Shown one piece after another: positions 1 through 12,800 of a DNA stretch of 64,000 bases. The stretch is from Sminthopsis crassicaudata (taxonomy: Eukaryota), in the NCBI RefSeq assembly GCF_048593235.1, contig NC_133620.1, forward strand, positions 372,091,261-372,155,260, read 5' to 3'. Made by a program: the position numbers and the translations under genes. The notes beneath the pieces were generated by a model. The model did not search any database, was not told the origin of the DNA, and saw nothing but the letters and a program-made list of their open reading frames with translations. The stretch's first letter is position 1. The number at the start of each line of letters is the position of its first letter.

Positions 1-97
1 CAAGGTCATAATTTACTTCCCTAAAATGTGACAATCTTGGTAAAAACACAGGAGCTCCAGTTACCAATCCTTTGGATATATGGAAAAAAGAAGGAAG

Positions 98-259
98 NNN
101 NNNNNNNNNNNNNNNNNNNNNNNNNNNNNNNNNNNNNNNNNNNNNNNNNNNNNNNNNNNNNNNNNNNNNNNNNNNNNNNNNNNNNNNNNNNNNNNNNNNN
201 NNNNNNNNNNNNNNNNNNNNNNNNNNNNNNNNNNNNNNNNNNNNNNNNNNNNNNNNNNN
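98..259. other. Assembly gap (162 N)
   Basis: Run of N; the ORFs listed across it are artefacts. Confidence 0.99.
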
Positions 260-539
260 ATGATTTGGGAGGGGAGAGGGAAATGGGGGGAGTGTATGTG
301 TATTATGCATATATACACATATATAATTGCTAGAGTAAAAACTATTCCTTAAGAGTTATTACAATTCATTTTTTCCTAAAAAATGTTTTCAACATTTCTA
401 ACATTAAAATTCATAAGTCATTCAGGTCCAACATGAAAAATAATGAAAATATCTATGTATATAATGATAGGCATTCTCAGAATCCAAGCCCAATAAAAAG
501 AAACTATCAGATAAAATTCAAAGCAATAGTTGGTTAGGC

Positions 540-735
540 TTTTATATAAAGAGTCTTTGAAATTCCGTTTTGAAAATATTTTGATTAATTGTATTTAATT
601 ATAATTAATTTCTTTTGTAATCCTTTGTATTTCATTTTATGCATTTAAAAACATTATTCTGAAAACTGGTCTACAGGCTTCATCAGACTATTTAAAAGGG
701 TCCATAATACAAAAAATGTTTAATAACACCTGCTC
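540..735 (+). mobile_element. hAT/Charlie (MER5-like) non-autonomous DNA transposon remnant
   Basis: Ends in ...GGGTCCATAATACAAAAAATGTTTAATAACACCTGCTCTA, resembling MER5/Charlie termini (recognised from memory). Confidence 0.45.
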
Positions 736-1384
736 TAAATCAATAATTCTATGAGTTCCATGAATCTTTCCTTAATAATGTCAGCCAGAAGTGATCTTTC
801 TTCTCCCTTATGAAGTAACAATAATCAATAAACATTTATTAAGTTCCAAAAGTGTTTCAAGCACTGTGCTAGGCACAAAAAGATAAAATGAAACAAGAGC
901 CTATATTCTACCTTACAACTCTGTACTTCTGTTGTGCACTTAAATATAAAATAGAACATATTTGTTTACATGTTTCTATTTATTCTAGTAGACTTAAGTT
1001 CCTTGAGTATAGGACTCTATATTATCTATCTTGAGATAAATGAAAAAATGTAAATTACTTGAGGTCAAGAATTTTATATTTGTATTCCCCAGGTCTAAAA
1101 ACAATGAACAGAAAAATTTTTGGTGATTAACAACAAAAGCTTGTTAATTGACTGATTGATTCTGACCCTCCTCCCTAAGTTCTAACACAGTATCTAACAA
1201 TTGTTTCTTAAATGAATATTGGGGAAAAAAATCAAAAGGATGAAAAAAAAGGACACTGTTTTGGGATATTACTGACAAATATCTAAGCACCAATCTGCTG
1301 AGTACTAAACAAATCCCAATTAGCCCTACATTCTACCCACCACTCCCAAAGCCATTTCATTTCAACTATGTGGCCCCATGGATT

Positions 1385-1578
1385 TGAAACTTGGAGTCAG
1401 AAAAACTTCATTTCAGATCCTCATAAGGGGACTTACCATGTATGAGTCACTTAACCTGTCTTCCTCCTCAGTATACTCATGTGTAAAATGGGAATAATAG
1501 CAGCTACCTCATAGGTTGCAGTAAAGCTCAAATGAGTTATATGTAAAAAGCTGTGCAAACCGTTAAACACTATATAAT
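1385..1578 (+). mobile_element. MIR (CORE-SINE), degenerate; one of many copies in the window
   Basis: CORE-like GTCACTTAACCT...CTCATGTGTAAAATGGGAATAATAG. Similar copies near 4120-4345, 11350-11520, 13005-13490, 33065-33290 and 41630-41990. Confidence 0.75.
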
Positions 1579-2384
1579 GGGGTTTTTGTGTGTGTTGTGT
1601 GTGTGTGAAATATACATTAGTGAAAGAGCTGAACATATTTCAAGAAGGAAACACTGCCTGGCTCCAGTAAAGTTTTTAACTAGGATCTGCGTTCCAACAT
1701 TAATTAGCAAGTGGAGCTTATAGGAAATGTGTCATTTTCTTTCAAATGCTAGGGTAAAAATAAAGTCTGAGAAACCCAAAAACTGGTTCTCTGAGCTTTT
1801 GGGCTTCCTTGGACCACACATAAAAGGTATATCATCCCACCTAAGAAACAATATTGCACAATGTTCTAGAAGTAAGACAGCTTCTGAGAAGTCTTCCTCC
1901 AAGTTTTTTAAAGGTGTTTCTAATACTGGGGTACTACAATGGTTCTTGTAATTCCCCCCAGCATACCTAACAAAGTCAATATCTATAGCAATCTATAATG
2001 CACTCTATGGCACTCTGAAGTAAGAGTTTCATCATTTATTTGGCTAATTTTTGTCCAATTGCTAAGTAAAGGCAAGCTGAAGTGGAAGAAGTCAGATCTG
2101 AGAAAGAAACATGCCTTAATACTCTTAGGAATTAGGTACGAGTCAGAACACTAAAGGGCAGAGAAAAGTGTCAATTTTATCTTAGGTTAATCAAACATCA
2201 ATGCAATATCTCACTTTACAACTTTAAGATGTAAGACAGTACTTTTTAAAAGTTCTATACTTCACCTCTATTATTAATTTATAACAAAAATCTAGTTACT
2301 CCCCTTAGTCTGTAAACCCTTCTAAAGACTGGTTTTAATGATCATAATTAAGGTTCTGCTAGAACCAGGAGATCATTATACACT

Positions 2385-3345
2385 TCAACAGCGATACTGT
2401 ATGAGGATGTATTCTGATGGAAGTGGATATCTTCGATAAAGAGAAGATCTAATTCAATACCAACTGATCAATGATGGACAGAATCAGTTACACCCAGAAA
2501 AGGAACACTGGGAAATTAGTGCAAACTGTTTGCATTTTTGTTTTTCTTCCCAGGTTATTTTTACTTTCTGAATCCAATTCTTCCTGTGCAACAAGAGAAC
2601 TGTTTGGTTCTGCACACATATATTGTATCTAAGATATATTATAATATATTTAACATGTATAAGACTGCCTGCCATCTAGGGGAGGGGGTGGAGGGAGGGA
2701 AGGGAAAGGTCAGAACAGAAGTGAGTGCAAGGATAATGTTGCAAAAAATTACCCATGGTAAATTATGGTATATGAAGGTTATGGAATATTATTGCTCTGT
2801 AAGAAATGACCAGCAGGACGAATACAGAGAGGCTTGGAGAGACTTACATCAACTGATGCTGTGTGAAATGAATATAACCAGAAGATCGCTGTACACTTCA
2901 ATGTTGTATGAAGATGTATTCTGATGGAAGTGGATATCTTCAACATAAAAAAGATCCAACTCACTTCCAGTTGATCAATGATGGACAGAAACAACTACAC
3001 CCAGAGAAGGAACACTGGGAAGTGAATGTAAACTGTTAGCACTACTGTCTATCTACCTAGGTTACTTATACCTTCAGAATCTAATACTTAATATGCAACA
3101 AGAAAATGGTATTTACACACATATATTGTATCTAGGTTATATTGTAACACATGTAAAATATATGGGATTGCCTGTCATCAAGGGTAGGGAGTAGAGGGAG
3201 GAGGGGATAATTTGGAAAAATGAATACAAGGGATAATGTTATAAAAAAAATTACTCACGCATATATAATGTCAAAAAAAATTATAAATAAAATAATAAAA
3301 AAATTACCCATGCATATGTTCTGTCAATAAAAAGTTATAATAAAA
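2385..3345 (+). mobile_element. Older L1 3' fragment (2385-2757 and 3298-3345) split by a second L1 insertion
   Basis: The rejoined halves match the reverse complement of the uninterrupted copy at 25709-26135. Confidence 0.85.
2758..3297 (+). mobile_element. 5'-truncated L1 (ORF2 end + 3'UTR + A-rich tail), nested in another L1
   Basis: Highly similar to the 3' part of the 28587-29798 copy (LWYMKVMEYYCSVRNDQQ...LYEDVF*); 15-bp TSD AAAAAATTACCCATG at 2743-2757 and 3298-3312. Confidence 0.88.
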
Positions 3346-3519
3346 TTTTTTTAAATTTAGGTTCTGCTAAAGATCTCTTTCTGAGACACTTTCATACCTT
3401 TAACTCACACAGGAAAAGACTCTTCAGAGAACCCCTCAAGCAACGAAGAAAAAGTTATCTGAGCATCAACATGAGAAGAGATATGAAGCATATACAAGCT
3501 CTAGATCTTTCACTTTTTT

Positions 3520-3700
3520 TAAAATTAAAGCTTTTTATTTTCAAAACATGCATAACTTTCAACATTCACCCTTGCAAAACCTTGTGTTCCAAAATTTTTG
3601 CCTTACTCCCTCCCCTAGATGGCAAGTAACCCAATATATATTAAATATGTGCAATTCTTCTACACATATTTCCACAATTATAATGCTGCACAAGAAAGAG
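3520..3700 (-). mobile_element. L1 3'UTR/tail fragment
   Basis: T-rich end followed by antisense marsupial L1 3'UTR motifs (CCCTCCCCTAGATGGCAAG). Related fragments at about 10290-10570(+), 11710-11895(+), 12070-12210(-) and 15735-16050(+). Confidence 0.7.
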
Positions 3701-4520
3701 ATTTTTCACTCATTACAAGGAGAGCTAAGAGAATGAACCAGAACAAAAAACTGGATTATAGTAGCTTGAAACTACTTCGTATCATTCTGGGAAAGATCTG
3801 GGGGCCAAGAAAAATAATCACATAATATAAGTTAGATATGAAATGCAGTGGCTTTTTTATGTTAATAACCTCCTACTTATGCATATCTATAAGACTAAGG
3901 AAATATGCCTTTATATCAGAGTTTACATTCGTTATTTTTAATATATACGGCAATCTTATTAAGACATCACAGCTAAGAGGTCTTTTTAAAAGATAAATAA
4001 TTAGCTCTTTTAAATACAGAAATATGTTAGTAGTTGATTAAAGATATTTTTATGAGCTCTTTGTACAGGTCATAGTTTTAAAGATGATCCCAATAATTTC
4101 ATTATTCCTTGAACATCCAGTAATAAAAGAATAATCACTTATATAGCACCTACTATGTGCCAAGTATTGTGATAAGAGCTTCAGGGATACATTATCACAT
4201 TTGAGACAATATCCATTGAGAGTCATCCTCATTTTACAATTGAGAAAATTGAAATATACAGAAGCTAAGTGACTTTCCCAGGTTCACAAAGTAATTAAGT
4301 ATCTGGAGCCAGATCACAACCTTCTATCAACTGTGCCATCTAGCTGCCTCCAATAATAAGCAGGAAAGATGGCAGCAGGGATGAAACCAAGAATGGAATG
4401 CATCCCAGATTACTAAACTGTCTACTTCTTATCAATTAAAAAGCACTTTCTATCAAATGGGATATAAGCAAAAAAGATCAGTACATATTTTCAAAAAAAT
4501 TGAAAAGCCAACTTTAAAAA

Positions 4521-4544
4521 CAACAACAACAACAACAACAACAA
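4521..4544. repeat. (CAA)8 microsatellite
   Basis: Direct reading. Confidence 0.95.
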
Positions 4545-4684
4545 AACCTCAAAGACTAAATCTATCACATATACTGTGAATTGAAAGTTTCTGCTTAAGA
4601 ATAAGGTGGAGGAAGCTTGATACAATGGGAAAAAAGTAAAGTCAGAGGACTTAGGTCCAACTACGTATGTGACTTCTGAAATAC

Positions 4685-5495
4685 ATGTCCAAAAATGAAC
4701 TCATCTTAAACCCTCTCATCTTCTTAACTTCCTAATGTATGTTTAGGGTATTAACATCTACTCACCTATACTTGAAACCTTAAGTGTCATCTTCAACTCC
4801 TCACTTTCAATCCCACTTCCCATAAGCAATCTATTTCCAAGTCCTGTCAATTCTACCTTCCCAATCTATCTCCTGTAAAATCTCTCTGCCCTGACAATGC
4901 CACCACCCAGATGCTGGCCCTCACTAACCCCAAACCTATCTACACTACAAGAGTTTTCTGCATCCTCTCCATGCTTTAAGTTTCTCCTCAATCCATCCTC
5001 CTCTCAAGTTACCAGAGTAATATTCCTTAAAGCATTAAAAGTAGCCATGTCCAAGATCAAGTGTAAAAAGTGTATCTTTTAAAGTCTTTCCTGCCTTCTT
5101 TTTCCAGTCTTTTTAGACCTTGCTCCCCCCTTCTCCATGTACACTCTTCCTTGCTTGAACTATCTCTCAAATCTGCATTTTCACTGGCTATTGGAATATT
5201 TGGAATATTCTCCCTTCTTATCTTTGCCTCTTGGCTTCCCAGGTTTTCTTCAAGTCTTAGCTAAAATTATACCGTCTCTAATAAGTCTTTCCTGGTTCTT
5301 CCTCACAAATTAATAGTATCTTCCTTCTGAGATGACTTCCAATTTATGCTGTATGTATCTTGTTTGTTCATAATTGTTTGTTTGTTATCTCCCTCATTAG
5401 AATGCAAATTCGTGGAGGCAAGGGGCCAGTTTTTAACTTTCTTTCCCTAGTACTAAAAAGAGTAGCTAGCACTTAATAAATCATTAACTGACTAA
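4685..5495 (+). mobile_element. L2 LINE 3' fragment, degenerate
   Basis: L2-like AAATGAACTCATC...GTCATCTTCAACTCCTCACT start and CTTAATAAAT...TGACT terminus. Confidence 0.65.
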
Positions 5496-7556
5496 TTTGG
5501 TAAGTCACAATTTCTTAGCCTTAAATTCCTAATCTATAAAATGAGGAATTGGACTGCGTCCCATGTTGAAATCCAAGTAGACTTGGTTTCAAGCCTAGCT
5601 CTAAATGACAAATGTGATCCTAGGCAAGACCACAGGCTAGATAAAAGAAATTTCTCTATCAGAAATTCCTTGCCTCTGTAATTGGCCCAATATCCTCAAC
5701 TCCTCCCTCCCAACCATATATAAAAAAGAACTTTCCTTGTAAAGTAACCCAGTATTTGTATCTTTAAAAATGGCAACTGCACCATAATAGATAACAAATC
5801 TCCACACCTGCTGTGAAGTCTAGTAACCACGGCTAAACCCTAAACCCTTAATGCATTATAATTAATTAATGCATTATAAAATTCAAGAAACTGCTGAAAT
5901 ATATGCCCTTGAATTCAAATCAGAAGATTTGATACTTCAGTAACAGTGCACTTTTTCATATATAAATACCATATTTCTCCATACAGCTACTAGTTTATTG
6001 AAAAATTTGTAAAATAAGAAACAATAAACTAAAGGAGGGAATGCATTAGATTTAGATTTCTTTGACAGAGGACTATTTCTGAACAACAAATCTGAACCCC
6101 TGAAAATTAGAGTCTGGTTGATTTGATTTTTCCTTCAGCTAAAATTTCCTTTCAAAAACACTTATCTCAATGCAACTATCTAGCTTGTAAGAAATGCATA
6201 CCAAATAATGATTTGCCTGAGCAGCTAGAGAGCAAAGCTTCTTAGACAGTTTGTCCTAAAACTGAATGTGAGGACTACGAAAAATTTGGCAACAGAAAAA
6301 GGTATCAAATATTCCACCAAGATTTAATTAGTATGCAAATTTGCTTTTGTCTCTAATAAAGGTAAAATTACATGGGTACCAGAGAATTGCTTTAAAATAA
6401 ATTTATGATTAATTATTAGTAAATATTTGATTTGAATACCTATTTATAGCTACATAGCGGGAGTCCACATAAAAGTTTCTTGGGTGAAAAGGGGACAAAA
6501 GTAGAAAAAGCTTAAGAATTCCTGAGCTAGAGGTTCCTATTAAACCTGTACTAAAACCTATTTGCATATTAAACTGAGTTTGGTTCTCTCATCACTGCTA
6601 CTTTATCTTCCTGATTACTTTCAACAAACTAATACTTTTCAATAGTAAATTATAGTTAGGTTTAGTATCAAGAAAGTACACTGGGGAAACCGTGAACTAA
6701 AGTAAGAGACAGCCTACTTCCTTTCATAAAAGTTTAATAGTTATTTCTTATTAAATTAAAATGGGACAAGACAAGACAATGTGAGCAAAAGAATTTTATC
6801 ACAAACACTAGAACCCTAAAGTTCATAATGATTTTTAATCAGGGTCTTCTCAATATTTTGTACTTTCCTTACTCAGCACAAGTTTTAATTCAGACTACCA
6901 GATATGGTTTGATGGTGTTGTTTCTCAATTATTCTCATGTCTAAAAATCTGTGTCAACTAGTCATGAAGATAAAGGTCATCATTGTAGCAAATCTTCTGA
7001 CCAATCTACAGAAGGAAATGCCAAAGTAACCCAAAAAGCTTTAGAAAACAGATAAGCAGCACAGAAGGACAAATTTTTCTCAACTATGAAGCAAACTGAC
7101 ACACAATGACACACAATATTCAATAGAGTCAAATCTGAACACCAACAAAAACAAAATGGAAGTAGTGCTGTAATAAAGCCCCAAAAGCACTGACCAGAGG
7201 CAGGATGCTTCATCCCAACTTTGCCACAAAATACACCAGCAGTGTTATCTATAAAAAGTAGTCGACTGCACTACATGATCTCAAAAGGTCCTTCAAATTC
7301 CAAGTTTCAGTTACTTTAAAAGCTACCCATGCTACTATAATTTAAAAGAAAGAACAACTCAATTTTGCTTCTACCTATTCCTTTACAAATGCCTACCTAT
7401 TCCTTAAGAATCAGAATGGATTCTTAAGTTCATTTCATTTGATTCAAAACAGTAAATTCTGCTGCCCTCCAAGGGGTATAAATGGAAACCAAAATTTTAG
7501 TATTTAAAGCAAATCATCTTTATTCTTTCACCACAATAAGAACATAGAAAGAAGAA

Positions 7557-7678
7557 GCAGCTAATTGGTGTAGTGGATAGAGCACCAGCCCTGAAGTCAG
7601 GAGAACCTAAATTCAAATCTGGTTTTAACACTTCCTGGCTCTGTGACCCTGGGCAAGTCACTTAACTCCAGTTGCCAT
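7557..7678 (+). mobile_element. WSINE1-like marsupial tRNA-derived CORE-SINE
   Basis: GCAGCTA..GGTGTAGTGGATAGAGCACCAGCCCTGAAGTCAGGAG...GTGACCCTGGGCAAGTCACTTAAC. Confidence 0.8.
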
Positions 7679-9668
7679 GGAGGGGGACACATATAGAAAG
7701 AAAATGGGAAGATGGAAAAAAACTTGAAATGGAAGTCACTAGAAAGAAAATTACCTGAGAGTATCTAGGCCCTACTGAAACTAAATCTGAATTTAATCAA
7801 AATCTGAAACTCAATCCTCATTACCTACTACAGAGCAAGTAGCATCTAGCTCCTAGGCTATTGGGATATCAATGATTTCCAACAGGAATAAAATAATTCC
7901 CAAATAAACTGAACACAAAGTGTATGTGTTTGTTGCTATTAAGTGCAATTCTCCTACCTTTTGATTTCTCTCACCATTAACTGTGCTCAGATTATCAAAT
8001 TCTGAAAATTATCTTTCAGACTATTATATAGATAGATATAGATATGAGAGAAAGAGAGTGTTATAAAGTTTATAAAAGTTGGCATTTCACTTAATGGACA
8101 AGTAAACTTAAAGCAAAAAAAAGTAACATGACTGATCATGCAATATTATAGAAAATAACATGCCTGGCCAGACAATGAGACTTGAAAATAGCATGAGCTG
8201 AGTTCAAGTCCCACCTCTGGCAGACACCTGTCTGTACAATCCTAGGCAAACACCTTAATTTATCAGTACTCCAGATAATTGCTGAAAACTATATGGTGCA
8301 GAGAAGATGCCAACCTTCATTGGTAAAAGAAATTTCTTTCCTTGCAAACTAACTTCACTGATGAAATTACCAATTCATTCCTAGTCCTATGTAGTACAAT
8401 ACTGCATTATTGTTCAAAATGAAACAAAGTCATTTTTGTAATATAAAACAGGGATCTGTCATCATTTTTGCGGTTCTTTGGGAAGTATCTTTTTTTCTTA
8501 CTTTCTAATAAAGCTATTTCGTTCAGTGACAGGAAAAGAGATTTGCAGATTACATCCTAGGAATTTTTATTTCTCATCTGGCTTTCTAAAATTGTGACTA
8601 ATTCATCATTTAATTCACTAGATTGCTTTTTCCTTAAGCCTACTTCTTAGGAATTTTTTGAAATTTGAAGCCCCTTTGAAAATTCAATGTAAAGAATGTA
8701 GCAAAATGATGAAGCTCAAGCAACACTTGAAAGAATATAAATTACCCCCAAACTCTTCACTTTGTAAAAGTGGGAGAACCACAGAGGCTACACAGTGTTT
8801 TTTTTTTTTCCTCTTAATAATACTACTTGTTATATAGGATGGTTTTCTGGAGGAGGAAAGGAAAGGGGAAGGGAAAGAACAAAGGGGATAACCATGATGA
8901 TGTAAGAAACAGAAATAATCCAAAAAAAAATTTTTAAAGAAAAAAAAAAGCTCAACTTAAAGTACCATCTTTCCATAACAGGCCTTTCCTGACAACCATC
9001 TTCAGTTATCAACATTCTTCCCATTTATCTCATTTGGTTTTTCTTCAATGAAATATAAGCTCCTTAGGGTCAAGAACCATTTTAGGTTGGGGCTTTTTTT
9101 AGTCTTCTAATCTATAATGCCTGGGACACAGGTAGATGTTTAATCTGAGGTTCAAGTGCTCCTTGCTCCTAAAGCTGTCTAATTCCTTTTATATAAGGAA
9201 ATTCAAGATTTAAGGAGCTGACTTTAGGCTAGGATAGTGATTCAAAATAAAATTTTAAAATAAAACTTTTTAGATGCCTCATAGTCTTTCTCCTATATCC
9301 TGGCTATAGATATACTGCTTCCTTGTCAATTAGCATTCTAGTAATTCTTTTTCTAGAAAGAAAATAGAAATATGATATACAAAATCAATAGATTATGTAG
9401 GGTTAAGCAAGTGTGATAAACCTGCCATCTAAGTTTCTCAATTTCAGGGTTGAAAAAAGTTGTTTCACCTCATAAACTATTACCAAAAAGTTATCTCCCT
9501 CCTCCCTTCAACTTCAATCCTCAAATTCCAGGTCACCTAAAACATCAAATTCAAAATCAGCACCATACTGTAAGCAATGAATTTCAGGATCACTTCAATA
9601 ATTCAAGCAACCTGTGGTCTCTTTAGAAGTATCCTTATTTTGTTGCAGATCAAAATCTATCCATTTCA

Positions 9669-9812
9669 GGGGTAGCTAGGTGGCACAGTGAATAGAGCAC
9701 CAGCCGGGAAGTCAGGAGGACTTGAGTTCAAATTTGACCTCAAAACACTTCATACTTTCTAGCTATGTGACTCTGGGCAAGTCACTTGACCCTGATTGCC
9801 CCAGTAAAAAAA
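9669..9812 (+). mobile_element. WSINE1-like SINE
   Basis: Full head with A/B-box-like motifs, CORE and short A tail. Confidence 0.85.
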
Positions 9813-12800
9813 TTAAAAGTTTTAAAAACTGTTCATTTCTTTCCATCTTGTATGATTATTTTCTATGTGTTTCTCATTCTTCTCTCATTCAATGCTGTGA
9901 CCAACTTACTGTCTGATCAACTGTGCCCAATCCAGATAAGCGTGCTGACATCATTAACTCAATTAAAAAACATAATCCTTCAGATTCAAGTTAAAAAAAA
10001 AAAAGGGGTGTCATCCAGCTAGAAATTTTCACATATAAATCAGAAAGTTATTCCTAGTAGTTATATGTTCTTAAACAATTACTAAAACCTAGTCTTTCAC
10101 AAATCTCCCAAAGTCTTACAATTTTCAAGAATTTGACTAAGCAAAGTTGAGAGTGCTTTAAAGGGGTTCAAGAGGAGAGTTTCCTATTCAAGTTGTAAAA
10201 GATGCTGAACGAATATTTAGAGTCCAGTCTGAGAAAAACTTAAGTCTAGTATTAACATTAAACTGTTTATTAAAACTTCACCTTCCAAAGGCAAGATTAT
10301 ACAATGATCAATTCTGATGGATGTGGCACTTTCAAACAATAAGACAATTCAGGCCAGTTCCAATAATATTGTGATGATGAAAACCATCTATACCCAGAGA
10401 GAGGACTGTAGGAACTGAGTGTGGATCACAACATAGCATTTTCATTTCTTTTGTTGTTTGCTTGAATTTTTCTTTCTCATTTTTTTTTCCTTTTCAATCT
10501 GATTCTTCTTGTGCAGCAAGATAATTGTATAAATATGTATACCTATATTGGATTTACATATAAAAAAATAAAACTTCACTTTCGCTCCATAGAAAGTATT
10601 CATGTAAAAGCATCTGAGAAGTGCTATTTACTTGTTTTTTGTTTTTTTAACTAAGTAAAAGAGAACATTTTTTACCTCAATTCCAACTTATCCTTAATCA
10701 CTGAATGGGCACTGCCTCACTCAAGCTGAGAATTGTTAAAGATTTTGGCAAAGTCTCCTACTGCATCCCAAGCTATTTCCAGTAGTCCTGAAATATGCAT
10801 TTTAACACCGAACCCAAAGGATTCTGGAGGTGAAAGTAAGGCTGGTGACTTGCACTTAAGTCCTCCCTCACTTAAATCCAATTCATTTACATGTCATAGT
10901 CATGATTTCATGGCCCTATTAAAGAACAAACAAAAACCAGCAATCTGTTGTAGCTTTATTTATCTAAATTTCATCTTCACTGTTTAAGACTAAGAATTTT
11001 TTTTTAATCAGGGCTCAACTCTCATTTGATACCCAGTACCGCATACAATAAGTGCTTAGTAAGTGCTTACAGAGATAAAGGTAGTGTTTCCAAAATGTAA
11101 AAGATACTGCCCATAGAATGTCCTCAGCCAGGGCAAAAGAATCTTAGTTTATCAAGTCAGATTTAAGACCAATCTTTGTCGAAATGCTTAGTTAAGTTTT
11201 ACTTTGATCTTCTGGGCACAAAAAGATTCCAGAATTAAACTTAACTAGTCCAGGCCAAGCCATTTTAGCTCCCTAGCAACTCCCCAGCAACTCCCCAGTG
11301 TATTCAACTGGCCTCATGAATCCACTTGAATGTTCATTAATTGCAAAAGAACTCAAGTCCTTAGTTCCAACTCCCTCATTTTACAAATGTGTAAACTGAG
11401 GTCAACTAAATTACTTAACTTATTTTTCCAAAGTCACACAAATAAATTAGTAGCAGAATCAAGATTCAAATTTTTGTTTTGATTCCCAATCCTGTGCACT
11501 TTCTACTATATTATCGTGACTCCAATAAATAAATAAATAAATTCTGCCAGGTATGAAAGGATAAGAAGCCATTCAAATTTTCTACATTGCAGAGAATAAC
11601 TGACATCTTCCAAGACTGAACAATTCTAGGGCAGAAAGATGGGAAATATTGTTATCTAAACCCTAGAGAAAAAGAAAGCCCCAAACTCTCTTAAGAAAAT
11701 TCATCAGGTAGTTGTACAAATATGTATTGGATTTAATATATACTTCTATCATGTTTAACATATATTGGACTACTTACCATCTAGGGGAGGGCGTGGGATA
11801 AGAGGAGGAAAACTGGAACACAGAAAGGTTTTGCAAGAGCTAATGTTAAAGAATTGTCCACATATTTGAAAAATAAAAAGCTTTAATTAAAAAAAAAATC
11901 ATCAGGGCACAAGATGGGTTACAAGTGAAATTATGACAAGCTTTCACTAGATATATTAGATTTTTCAAATTAAGTTTAAAAACTCTGCAACCATAAAACT
12001 GGACAGTCAATAGAAAATTTATAATTCCCAAAGAAAGGGGTATAATGTGGCAGCGCCATGAGTTTTTTTTAATAAACTGTATTTTATTTTTCCAAATATA
12101 TGCAAAGATAGTTTTCAACATTCACCTCTGCAAAATCTTGTATTCCAAATTTTTCTCCCTCCCTTCTTTTCTTCCCCCTCAAGACAGCAAGCAATCTTGA
12201 TATAGGTTAAACAGCACCATGACAATCTGAAGTAGACTTTCAAAACCAGAAACTAAGTCTTGGATTCAAATCAATCTGGGTTCAAGTCTGCCTCTCAAAT
12301 ATGGTGGCTATGTGATCCTGGGTTTCCTCTGACTCAGTTTTTAAGAACTTTTATCTCCTTTTTCCATAGTATTCTCACAAACACCTGGGTTGAACAGTGG
12401 GCAGAAGTCAGGACTTGAGGTGTCAGGAAAAACCCAAGTTTAAATCTTGTCTCTTTGACTAAGTCACTTAATCTTGTTTAATTTCAATTATCTCATCTTA
12501 TACTCCATCTTGAAAGGTAAAAACAGTAATAGTAACAAAATTATGACCTGCCTCCCAAGGTTGTCCCTAAAGTTCTAAATGAATATTGGCTACTATTAAT
12601 GCCCCTCCCATTCACCTAGAGTGACTTACAGAATTTTAACCTATAGTATGTTACCACAAATTCATTTTTCTTTCTCAAGGAAAAATCATAGATCCTATAA
12701 CTAAAAAAATTACTACCTTAAAAATTTTTAAATTCTGATTGTTATTATTGAAATCCATAGAAAATGTGATTCAGAGAACTAGGGGAGAAAAAAAGTATAA

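Noticed and set aside
28-352. ORFs spanning the N run (also those at 21551-22157)
   Set aside because: Open only because N codons are not stops.
5890-6535. Possible hAT/Charlie transposase relic
   Set aside because: Only the end near 6480-6530 resembles a Charlie terminus, and I could not recover transposase motifs.
7557-9812. tRNA-like A/B-box sequences
   Set aside because: They are tRNA-derived SINE heads joined to CORE sequence, not tRNA genes.
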